From Candidatus Heimdallarchaeota archaeon (GTDB lineage Archaea; Asgardarchaeota; Heimdallarchaeia; Hodarchaeales; Hodarchaeaceae), in NCBI GenBank assembly GCA_020353515.1, contig CP070695.1, positions 3,927,140 through 3,991,139 on the forward strand: a stretch of 64,000 nt of DNA, given 5' to 3'. The notes beneath the pieces are model-generated. The model worked only from the letters and a program-made list of their open reading frames with translations, was not told the DNA's origin and made no database searches. The position numbers and the translations under genes were made by a program. Positions 51,935 to 61,900 of the stretch are shown here, one piece after another (the stretch's first letter is position 1; every line of letters begins with the position of its first letter).

Positions 51935-52253
51935 GATTTTTACAAAATTTCGTCTTCGGTCAACTCCTGTTGAGAAAGGTTCTGGTAACAACAAAATTCC
52001 TTTATCTAGATTAATAACTCCTTCAGATCCCATTACTTCTTCGTTACTCAAATTAAAGAAGAAAACCATTGGAGAATGGAATCCTTTTGAGTTAATTAAA
52101 TGTGTAATTTGTTGGAAACCCATCGATATTTATGGAAAAGATGCGCATACTTATATGGAATGTCCTCATTGCCATCAAAAAGCGCATCAAGATCATATGC
52201 TCCGTTGGCTTGCTAAACATCATACATGTCCATATTGCCGTGGGAAGATGTAA
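51924..52253 (+). CDS. RING-finger protein (putative E3 ligase)
   Basis: CVIC...CPHC....H..H...W....CPYC. Confidence 0.85.
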   Translation: MNPKIFTKFRLRSTPVEKGSGNNKIPLSRLITPSDPITSSLLKLKKKTIGEWNPFELIKCVICWKPIDIYGKDAHTYMECPHCHQKAHQDHMLRWLAKHHTCPYCRGKM

Positions 52254-52257
52254 TTTC

Positions 52258-52704
52258 TTGAGTCTAGAAATTTTACCCAAGGTTCTTCAACAATTAACTT
52301 CAAAGATTGAAGCCCTTGTTGATTTATATTATCCTGATCGGTCCCAAACACTACCTGTGAGAATTAATAAACGAAAACAGAACATCATTGTTACATGGAA
52401 CATTTATCCTTCAGAGAGACATCAACTCGATGAATTATTTCCTATTCTTTCAAATACAATTGAAGAGAACCTGAAAGGTATTAATGGAGAAATAATCCAT
52501 TGTTCTCTTATAAATGGTGAAATTCGCGACAGGGGAATCCAGGAATTTCAAATTCACATGGGAAAAACTTGGGAGATTTATTTATATGATCCTGAGACTT
52601 ATATTGATGTACGACTTCTCCAAGAATCGCGAATAACCCAGCCTCTTGACAAATGGCTTTCTATTGATATCGATATTGTTACAGAATCTGCTTGGTTTGA
52701 TTAA
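52258..52704 (+). CDS. Hypothetical protein
   Basis: Likely TTG start 4 nt after the RING stop; the longer ORF-track start overlaps the RING gene. Confidence 0.6.
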   Translation: MSLEILPKVLQQLTSKIEALVDLYYPDRSQTLPVRINKRKQNIIVTWNIYPSERHQLDELFPILSNTIEENLKGINGEIIHCSLINGEIRDRGIQEFQIHMGKTWEIYLYDPETYIDVRLLQESRITQPLDKWLSIDIDIVTESAWFD

Positions 52705-52715
52705 TTGGTTTCTAA

Positions 52716-53663
52716 TTACAGAATACTCCAACGTTTGGTATGTGTCTCGTAATGCACCTTTCCTTCTTTTTCTAATTCTTTAAGAAAAGCAGTAACAGTT
52801 GTTTCAGCAACTCCCAATTCCTTGAATGGAGTTTCCCAGGAAAAACCAAGAATACGCTGATATTCTTCTGCGACATAGAAAGCTTTGGCCTCACCTGCAC
52901 TAACTACAAGATCATAGATAGTATCCTTAGTATGTTTATGCTCAAAAGTGAGGTTTTGTATATAAAGTTCCACGGGTCTGGGAACAGGACTCTGATGAGC
53001 AGGACAAATGACTTCGGTTTTAAGCTTACCAACCAGCTCTAACAGTTTCATTCGTTTCTCTGAACTTCCTGTACCATCAATGTAGAATGCAGCGCCTTGA
53101 TCGGGGTATATATTTCCCTCGTCCCCAATAAATGTGCATCCACCTCTATAAGCTTGAATTAAGATAGAATCGACAGAATGTCCCCCAGAATTTTGCAGTA
53201 TAAGCTCCTCACCACCTAGATCAATTGTTTCACTTTTTTCAAAGGGATGAATGAATTCTTCTTTAATTTTCCCAATTTTTGAGAATAACGAGGATTTCAT
53301 GGCCAAACTGAATTTGGAGGGAAAAGGAAATTGCTTTTCTAAGATATACTTCTTCCCCTCCTTTAAGGCATCCACTCCTGATTCATGAAGCCAGACTTGT
53401 GGCTTGATTTTTTTCATTGAATCTATTCCTGCCCAATGGTCTGGATGCGTATGTGTTAGAATGAGATATCTGATTTCCGAGGGATCACGATCAGCCTTCT
53501 TCACAAAAGAAATAATCTCTTTTCCAATTGAACGCGATGGAAGGTCAATAATTGCAATCTTTTCATCGCCCAAAACAAGGTAACTAGCATATTCTTCACC
53601 TTGTTTTCCGATATCATCTACCACCCGATAAATTCCTGAAGCCCACTCAACAAAATTAACCAT
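52716..53663 (-). CDS. Metallo-beta-lactamase-fold hydrolase
   Basis: THTHPDH, GGHS, GDE and CPAH. Confidence 0.92.
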   Translation of the reverse strand: MVNFVEWASGIYRVVDDIGKQGEEYASYLVLGDEKIAIIDLPSRSIGKEIISFVKKADRDPSEIRYLILTHTHPDHWAGIDSMKKIKPQVWLHESGVDALKEGKKYILEKQFPFPSKFSLAMKSSLFSKIGKIKEEFIHPFEKSETIDLGGEELILQNSGGHSVDSILIQAYRGGCTFIGDEGNIYPDQGAAFYIDGTGSSEKRMKLLELVGKLKTEVICPAHQSPVPRPVELYIQNLTFEHKHTKDTIYDLVVSAGEAKAFYVAEEYQRILGFSWETPFKELGVAETTVTAFLKELEKEGKVHYETHTKRWSIL

Positions 53664-53880
53664 TTGTTTACACCACTTTTCATGAAGTTGCGTATTTTAC
53701 TCTCTTTCTAATCTTCGAATATTTAATGGTTTTCGGTGGAGGAGGACATTTTTCGTTCTTAAGTATCAAATGAGAAATACAAGGATAATTTTTAAAAGCG
53801 TAACAAAAAAAAAAGCTTCTAATAATTACCTCGTGTTAAGTGTTCAAAGCAAAGTTGGTTGAAGAAGAGTTGAACTAATC

Positions 53881-54897
53881 TTGAACATCGATCAATTAAT
53901 TGACCATAATTTTATACCAGTTATCGATCCCACAGCCAAGGATTCTCCAGCCGAGAAAGGGGCAAATGCTTTTCTTGCCGAGTATGGCGGGATAGTAGAA
54001 GAAGTAGCTTTGGTATGTAAAAAAGAAGATGGATTGGTGACATATCGATCTGGCGCTGCGCCCAGTGATCGCAACTATGAGAATTTCTTCACAGATTTTA
54101 CCGAACTAGCAAATGATCTAGGTCTTAGAACCCATGCTATTGCTTATGCTTTTGGAGATTCCTATCTTGGAATGGATCCAAATTATTCTATTGGTCGTTC
54201 TGATGGAACTATCATCCATGATTATGTCGATCCCTCTATGGAAGGTTACTGGAAACACCTCAATTTCATTTCGCGGGAGGTAGCTACAAAGCCTATAAAG
54301 TCGTTAATCCTCCAAGAATTTCTTTTCCCAAGGCAGGAATACTCATTTGCGCGTAGAAGTGTTAGGAAGTTCGCTGAAATCTCAGGAGTGAGTCTAGACG
54401 TAACTTATCTTGACATACAAAAAGATCCAGCAATTCAAAGGATGTTTGAAGATTGGCGAGCAGAGCTTATTACTACAGCATTTCGAGAAGCAACTGAGAT
54501 GGCTAAAGGAGAAACCCCAGATCTTGACGTTGGAATGATTGTTCCTGTTGACCCAGAAACCGAGTGGAACGAGGGATATATCCGTCATTTCGGAATTAAT
54601 ATCGACCAGATTATTGAAATCAGTGGCTACATTATTTATCATCTCATGCCATATTCGCCAATGTACCCTGAACCTGACACTCCAGGGTGGGATATTCTAC
54701 TGCAATCGATCCGGAGTTCTGCTTTGTATGAAGAAAGTGGATATAAGAAAGCGTTATTCATTTGGGGTCTTGAAAACGAAGAGGATGTTGCTTGGTTAGA
54801 CGCTTTGAAGGAGGAAGTCCGAGCTGACCATGTTTTTGGACGGTTAGAACACCCCCCAAAGTACACAGTCAAACGAGAAATTCATCGTGGTGTTTAA
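53881..54897 (+). CDS. Glycoside-hydrolase-like TIM-barrel protein
   Basis: Pattern resembles GH10-like/DUF4015 proteins (LANDLGLRTHA; YVDPS..YW); catalytic residues look degenerate. Confidence 0.5.
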   Translation: MNIDQLIDHNFIPVIDPTAKDSPAEKGANAFLAEYGGIVEEVALVCKKEDGLVTYRSGAAPSDRNYENFFTDFTELANDLGLRTHAIAYAFGDSYLGMDPNYSIGRSDGTIIHDYVDPSMEGYWKHLNFISREVATKPIKSLILQEFLFPRQEYSFARRSVRKFAEISGVSLDVTYLDIQKDPAIQRMFEDWRAELITTAFREATEMAKGETPDLDVGMIVPVDPETEWNEGYIRHFGINIDQIIEISGYIIYHLMPYSPMYPEPDTPGWDILLQSIRSSALYEESGYKKALFIWGLENEEDVAWLDALKEEVRADHVFGRLEHPPKYTVKREIHRGV

Positions 54898-54916
54898 GGG
54901 CTTTTTGGAAACCAGA

Positions 54917-55372
54917 TTAATATTTTTGATTCCAGTGAGCGTATTTTTTCACATAATCCACAGCTTGGATTCTGAAGGCCTCGCGATCCCGTTTCCATTG
55001 ACGGGAGGCTGTAGCATTCAAAGGATCATCTGGATTAGGGCTGTTTAAGAGAAATCTGATTGTTTCCACGATTTGAACAAGGCTGTAAGCTGGACTCCAC
55101 TCCTTACCCAAAATACCAACACAGACCTTTTCCTTAAAAATGTTCACATGCCAAATAGGGGTTTTAAAACGAACTTTAGGTGGTTCAAAGGGATATTTTC
55201 GGGGAATATTGATTTCAATGAAGAAAACACCTCCTTCATACAGCCCTGAACCTAATATTTCCCCTCGCCAGTGAGTGAGGTTATTGCTAACCGTCCGAAA
55301 AGTCGGCTGTTCCCGAGCAAGTTCTTGAGCTTCAATTGCTAACCTATCTAACCATTCATCCTCTGTAAGCAT
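54917..55372 (-). CDS. Ubiquitin-conjugating enzyme E2
   Basis: YEGGVF, YPFEPPKVRF.TPIWHVNI...VCVGIL..WSPA and PNPDDPLN. Confidence 0.95.
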   Translation of the reverse strand: MLTEDEWLDRLAIEAQELAREQPTFRTVSNNLTHWRGEILGSGLYEGGVFFIEINIPRKYPFEPPKVRFKTPIWHVNIFKEKVCVGILGKEWSPAYSLVQIVETIRFLLNSPNPDDPLNATASRQWKRDREAFRIQAVDYVKKYAHWNQKY

Positions 55373-55653
55373 AATTCGATCCGGCTTTTTTTCGAAAATA
55401 ATCTTGTTCTCATAAGATTTCCAAGGAGTTCAATAAAGCATCACTAATGAAAGTGATTTTCTAGGGATCTTATGTAAATTGGTAGGTTTAATGGGCTAAA
55501 TATGATATATGGATAATATAATAAAATTTTTTATATTCCGTTTAAACCTGTAACGAAAATATAACAACTACTTTAAAATGTGCCAATTTCTTGTTTAAAG
55601 CCTAAGAGATAAATATATTCAGATTCTATCGAGAAAAAAGAGGATAAAAGAGA

Positions 55654-55947
55654 ATGTCCGAAGCCTATTTAGATGTATTTGAGCGCTTTGTGAAACTTCA
55701 AGAATTTATGACTGCGGATGATAAAAAATTTCGCAAAGATCCACGTAAAACGGCACGAATAGCATCACTACTAGCGATGGCAAGTTTATACTCCAAATAT
55801 CCACTTGACAAACAGTATGCTGTGTATAAAGCAATGATCCAAACAATGAGGGAGAAAATGCCTAATTTTAAAGCATTAGGGGAGTCAGTGGACGATATTG
55901 CAGCAACATTAATTCTTGCGTCAGAAATAAACAAAACTGTAAAATAA
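55654..55947 (+). CDS. Small helical hypothetical protein with an internal repeat
   Basis: Repeated IASLLAMAS / IAATLILAS helices. Confidence 0.65.
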   Translation: MSEAYLDVFERFVKLQEFMTADDKKFRKDPRKTARIASLLAMASLYSKYPLDKQYAVYKAMIQTMREKMPNFKALGESVDDIAATLILASEINKTVK

Positions 55948-56182
55948 AGAATTCTTCTAACTAACTCTCAAACACCCACCTCAGTTTAAGGCCAAAGATT
56001 TCGACAGAGTTCACTGTAAATCTGAAGATGATCTCATTTCTTTTCGTTTCTTTTATCAAAAAGGATTTGTTCCAGAGAAATTTATCAAAAAAGTAGTAAT
56101 AAACTTGTCGCTACCTAAAACTAGAAAGTCAATATCTTGTAAGAGAAAAAGAAATTACCAAATAAAGGATTAAAGTGGTTCA

Positions 56183-56317
56183 TTTGTCAAAAGAAGGCGC
56201 GTGAGGGGGGAGGGAGGGAGTCCCAACGTCTAGAAAAAAAGTTTTTTCGGTTCGTCGGAACTCCAAAGTATTCAAAATTTATTTGCGTTGCTGCACTCCT
56301 CTCATTGTTCAGCTACT
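56183..56317 (-). ncRNA. Candidate structured RNA / micro-ORF element, copy 1
   Basis: Inverted homolog of 62933-63071; 12-bp covarying stem; 8-codon ORF at 56305-56279. Confidence 0.6.
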
Positions 56318-56339
56318 GTACGTACGATTTTTTATGATC

Positions 56340-56355
56340 TTTATATATGTTTTTC
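56340..56355 (-). promoter_or_regulatory. BRE/TATA-like promoter for element copy 1
   Basis: Minus strand reads GAAAAACATATATAAA, ending about 23 nt upstream of the start of the conserved element. Confidence 0.45.
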
Positions 56356-56788
56356 TACGTTATTTCGTAATTACGTATCAGTTACTCTTACATCCTTCCT
56401 ATTTATAAGGCGTATATAAGGAGAAAAATCCTGTTGGTCCTCTTATTGAGTTTTTTTTGTCAGCTAGATTCTTCTTTGATTGATTTATTTTTAAAAACTA
56501 TAGTGTATTTTTGAAGATAAATTCACTCGGTTCATTTTCTTCTCTATTCTAGGGGGATTCTACTTTGTTATTATCGAAAGGCATTTATATGGTCGGAGAG
56601 CGGAGTGATTTGAGGCGATAAACAATGTGGGATTGCCAAATGGCTTACTCAAAGTAAAGCTTCTAGTTTTTCTCCACCCTCCCGCTGCAGTTTTCGTCAT
56701 TTATCTCAAACTTTGGAACTTTCTGGTTTTTCCTCATTTAATGGATTATACTTTTATAGATTTTCTAATGTCTCTCAAATTATAGGAT

Positions 56789-58885
56789 GTGTCACAAATG
56801 GAAGATCTTAGGAACAAGAAATATGTGATATGCCCAGCATGGCCTTACGTTAATGCAGTCCCTCATCTTGGAACCGTTCTCCATCTATTAGGGGCAGATA
56901 TTTTTCTTCGCTATTTAGAACTCCGAGGAGCTGATGCAATCTCGGCGACTGGTTCTGATTGTCATGGTACCCCGATTGAAGTAGCTGCTATTGAAAAAGG
57001 TGTCTCTCCCCAGAAACTCGTTGATAAAAATCATGAACGAATTGTTGATCTGCTTAAAAAGTGGAATATTAATTTGAACTATTCTAAGACTGCAAATTCC
57101 TTTCATTACAAATGGGTTCAAGATTTCTATAGACGTTGTTATGAGAATGGGTATATTTTTGCTAAAGAAGTCCAACAATTGTATTGTGAACATGATAAAC
57201 GATTCCTCCCTGACCGTTTCGTTGAAGGCACCTGTCCTCATTGTGGAGTAATTGGTGCTAGAGGGGATCAGTGTGATGCACCTGCATGTGGCAAACCTCT
57301 AAGTCCAGTCGAGTTAATCGATCCTTATTGCCGGATTTGTAAGAATCCACCAATCAATAAAAGCACGACTCAATGGTATTTTGATTTTAGTGCTTTTCAG
57401 GAAGAACTCACTCGGTACATTCGTCAGAATAAACAACTACCTGAAAATGCCCTGAAGTTTTCTATCAATATATTAGAAGATGGATTACAAGCTCGTACAT
57501 TAACACGGGATTTAGCATGGGGTATTCCTGCTGATAAGGCGATTCCAGAAGCTAAAGGGAAATCGATTTACGTGTGGCTTGAAGCGGTTTTAGGCTATGT
57601 CTCTGCTTCTGCAGAATTAGGTGAAAGAAAACACAATGATCCTGACTTTTGGAAAACATTCTGGCTGGATCAAGATACGAGAACTGTGTTCTTTATTGGT
57701 AAAGACAACATTTTTTTCCACACATTATTATTCCCTGGGCTCCTTTTAGGAACAAAAGAAAGCTATGGAAAACCTTTTGTCCTTCCATATAATGTAAGTA
57801 CAACAGAATTTCTAACCTTTGAGGGAAAAAAGTTTAGTAAATCAAAGGGAATCGGGATTTGGATTGATGATGCCACTACTCTTCTTCCTACAGATTATTG
57901 GCGTTATTATCTAGCGGCAACTCGACCTGAGACTAAAGATACTTCTTTTACATGGGAAGAATTCGAGCAGCGAGTTAATATCGATCTCAATGATGTTTTG
58001 GGAAATTATATTCATCGTGTCTTTGTCTTACTTCATAAGTACTGTGAGGGAAAAATTCCAGAGTGTCACCGTCTTGATGAGACTGATCGAGGGTTTGTAA
58101 CCGCCATAAATGAAATTCCTGAGATAGTCGCAGATTTTTTTGACCAATTTGAATTTAAGAAGGCGGTCGCTTCAATCATTGATTTTGCACGCACAGCTAA
58201 TACTTATCTTAGTACGAAGGAGCCATGGAAAATAGTGGAAACCGATTTTACCGCTGTTGAAACAACCTTATATCTCTGTACTCAGTCTCTTCTTACTCTG
58301 AGTGTTATTTTATCACCTATTTTACCTGAAACTAGTGAGAAAATCTGGAATACTCTTGATCAAGAGGGAAATGTAGCGGACCAGGAATTCGAAGAAGCAG
58401 GAAAACTAAAACTCCAACCTGGTGGAATTGTCAAAGAATCCACCCCTTTGTTTTCAAAAATAGATATTGAAGAACTTCAGACACAACTTAAAGAATTAAG
58501 AACGAAAGGTCAAATTGATTCTACAGAGGAAACAACATTGTCAGAAGAGAAACCAAGCTCTATTCCTTTTGAGGACTTTCAGAAATTGGATATTCGGATC
58601 GGAACCATTTTAACAGCTGAAAAGATTCCCAAAACAGAGAAATTATTGAAACTTAAGGTTGATTTGGGCTCAGAAATTGGCCAGCGTCAATTAGTTGCGG
58701 GTCTAGCCACTCATAGAAACGTAGATGACTTGATTGGCCAACGATTAACCGTTGTTGTGAACTTAGAACCCGCTACCATTCGTGGTGTTCGTTCCGAGGG
58801 AATGTTGTTAGCTGCTGTTGAAGGGGACAAACTGGGATTAATTATTCCTGATAAAGATGTATCTAATGGTACTCAGATAAGCTGA
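56789..58885 (+). CDS. metG: Methionyl-tRNA synthetase with C-terminal tRNA-binding (Trbp111-like) domain
   Basis: PYVNAVPHLG, Zn knuckles, GKDNIFFH, KFSKS and SEGMLLAA. Confidence 0.97.
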   Translation: MSQMEDLRNKKYVICPAWPYVNAVPHLGTVLHLLGADIFLRYLELRGADAISATGSDCHGTPIEVAAIEKGVSPQKLVDKNHERIVDLLKKWNINLNYSKTANSFHYKWVQDFYRRCYENGYIFAKEVQQLYCEHDKRFLPDRFVEGTCPHCGVIGARGDQCDAPACGKPLSPVELIDPYCRICKNPPINKSTTQWYFDFSAFQEELTRYIRQNKQLPENALKFSINILEDGLQARTLTRDLAWGIPADKAIPEAKGKSIYVWLEAVLGYVSASAELGERKHNDPDFWKTFWLDQDTRTVFFIGKDNIFFHTLLFPGLLLGTKESYGKPFVLPYNVSTTEFLTFEGKKFSKSKGIGIWIDDATTLLPTDYWRYYLAATRPETKDTSFTWEEFEQRVNIDLNDVLGNYIHRVFVLLHKYCEGKIPECHRLDETDRGFVTAINEIPEIVADFFDQFEFKKAVASIIDFARTANTYLSTKEPWKIVETDFTAVETTLYLCTQSLLTLSVILSPILPETSEKIWNTLDQEGNVADQEFEEAGKLKLQPGGIVKESTPLFSKIDIEELQTQLKELRTKGQIDSTEETTLSEEKPSSIPFEDFQKLDIRIGTILTAEKIPKTEKLLKLKVDLGSEIGQRQLVAGLATHRNVDDLIGQRLTVVVNLEPATIRGVRSEGMLLAAVEGDKLGLIIPDKDVSNGTQIS

Positions 58886-58912
58886 GTTGTTTAATCTCCA
58901 AAGATAAGCCCT

Positions 58913-61900
58913 TTAACTCAAAAATAACATTCTCCCCTTTCCACTTATTTCTACAATCTTGCTTTTCCCTTTTTTATGTTCATGCAGATAACCTGTAAGT
59001 ATTAACTGTTTTATCCGCTTTCTTACAGTTGGCCGGCTGATCTTTAACCCCTCACCAATCCCAGAATATGATGGTTTCAATCCGAGATTATTCTGTTGAT
59101 AGACGAATCTCAGAATTTCTAAATATTCTTCAGCGATTTTAGCCATAAAACGAGGCTCTATTTGGTGTGTTTCTTTTTCTAAGATAAGTAATTCCCGTTC
59201 TGATATAGTGGCGCTATCTATAGACAAAATAACGACTAAATTTCTTAGATAGGTTATTTCTTTTAATTTATAGACAAATTGAATCGCGTTTTCGAGACCT
59301 TCTTTTAAAAAAAGGTATTCTAGACGATCAATCAGGATCACACTTTTGCTAGGTGTGTTCTTTATAAGATTTATAAGTCTATTATATCCTTTCTCTTCTG
59401 TTAGCCAAAAAAAATCGTACTCTCCTTCCATATATGCTCTAAAGTCTTTATTTGGAGTTCTGGAGGCAACAAATCCTTTGTACCCAATAGTAGTAAGCTC
59501 GGAAAACACTGTTTTTGATACTGTTGGAACTTCTTCTGTGATGAGATAAACATTACCATCTTGAATTTTATATTTTAGGAATTCTTTCTTTAATTCTTCT
59601 TCGCGTTGTTTAATTGCAGTTATGTCTTCTACCATCAGTAGGAAATTCAGTGGATTACCTTTATCGTCTTTCAAAAGGGATAATGCTACCCGAACCCAAA
59701 GAATATCTTCATTTTTCTTGAGATATCTTTTCTCTGTTTGAAATGAAGAAATTTCATTATTTAGTAATTTTTTAATATGTTCTTCATCTCGTTCACGATG
59801 TTCTTCATGAGTTATATCAAGAATAGTCCTTTGAGTCAGCTCATTTCCTTGGTATCCTAACATTTCCTTAAAAACGTCATTTACTTCAGTAAAACTGAAA
59901 TTTAGATCCGTTAAAGCTATCCCAAGTGGCGAATTTTCAAAAACTGACCGAAATTTTTCTTCACTCTCCCGAAGTGCCTCTTCAGTTCTTTTATAATCAG
60001 TAATATCAGACCAAAAGCCTACAATCTCGAGAGGTTTCCCTTTTTCGTCTTTAACAAGATTTGCTTCATCAAGCATCCAACGATAGGATCCCTTCTTATG
60101 TTGAAATCTATAAGTATTACTATAATTCCCTTCCTCCAGAATATCTTTAAATGTGGTAGAAACTTGTTCTTTTTCATCAGGGTGTAATTTCTGTTCCCAA
60201 AACTCTGGAGTATCAATGAAGCTCTTAGCCTGATATCCTAGGATATCCTTGATGTTCTCACTCATAAAAGTGGTTGAAAAATGACCACCAGGAGTACACG
60301 AGTAGATCACTGCTGGACATGACTTAAGTAGATATTCGAGTCTGAATTTCGTACTTCTCAGCTCATCCTCTACGATTTTTCGTTTGGTTATATCTGTGGA
60401 GATCAAACCTAATCCTTCTTCAGTCTTGAAGGCTTTTACTGAAACGATTCTTTCACCTGTAAGTGGATGACGAAAAATACGATCTGAGAGATATGGTTTT
60501 CCTGTTCTAAGGACTTCTTCATATTTTCCAAGATGTTGTTTATCAAATTCTTCTATATTTTTCCCAATAATATCCTCTTTTTTAGTTCCTACAGGAAGCA
60601 TTCCTAAACCTGTCTTATTTATATCAATTAAATTGAATTCAGAATCCCAAATAGTAAAAGAATCGGTCGCTGCATCCATAAATCTTCTTAATCTTTCCTC
60701 ACTCTTACGAAGCGCGTTTTCCATATTTTTTCGATCAGTTATATCGGCTGCTACTATCCCTAAGCCGTCTCCTACTTTAAACGCTTTCACAGATAGAGTC
60801 ATATCTCCATAATTTTGAGGTGGAGCCACTCTCTCCGCGATATAGGGAATTCCTGTTTTTAGAACTTCTTTATAACGGAGAATATCTTCATGGTTGGTAT
60901 GAAACTCAGTTATATTCCTCCCTAAAACCTCTGTTTTCTCAATCCCAAGTAAAAAAGTCTTCAATCCAGTTTTATTTATATCTATTAGATTTAGATCAGA
61001 ATCAAAAAGAGAAAATGAGTCTGTTGCTCCATCCATAAAACTACGCAGCCTTTCCTCACTATTAAATAGAGCTTTTTGTGCGTTAATCCGATCTGTGATG
61101 TCTTCTACGCTGCCTTCGTAATATTGCATTTTTCCATGTTTATCCTTTATTGATCGTGCATTCTCTCGAAAATGAATAACAGATCCATCAGGTCGTTCAA
61201 GATGGAATTCTAATCCCATTACCTCTCCTTTTTCTTCAATTTCCCTTAAAAATCGATCTCTCGGATACTTCCTAATAATCGCTAGATGATTGGAATCAAT
61301 CTCGATTAACTCGTCGAAGGAAGATAATCCAACTAGATTAAGGAATGCAGGATTTGCTGCGAGAAATTTGTGATCAGGTGTGCTGCGATAAAGACCAATG
61401 GGGATGTTTTCAAACAAAGTTCGATATTTTTCTTCACTTTCTTGTACTGCTTTTTTCATCCGCTTTTGATCAGTAATGTTTCTTATACCAAAGACAATTT
61501 TTAGATTATTCTCATGCTCAATGGCTTTTCCTGAGGCTGTGACCCAAATATAATGACCCTTATTATGTTTTATTCGATATTCAAATTCAAATCTCTGTTT
61601 TCCAGACAGACATTCCGTCAGAATTCTAAAAGCATTTTCTATATCATTAGGGTGAATAAAATCATAACTATTTTTCCCGATCAATTCTCTAGGTTTATAC
61701 CCAAAAAGATCAAAAATCTGTGGACTGACAAAGATGAATTTTCCCTCTTCGTCAACTTCTGCTACAACATCTGTAAGATTACTTATTAACTCACGATAAT
61801 TCTTCTCACTTTCTCGTAATTGTTCTTCAATGTGTGTACGTTCAGTAATGTCACGAATAATCGTAATGACTTGCACGACTGATTCATCATGCAAAATTGG

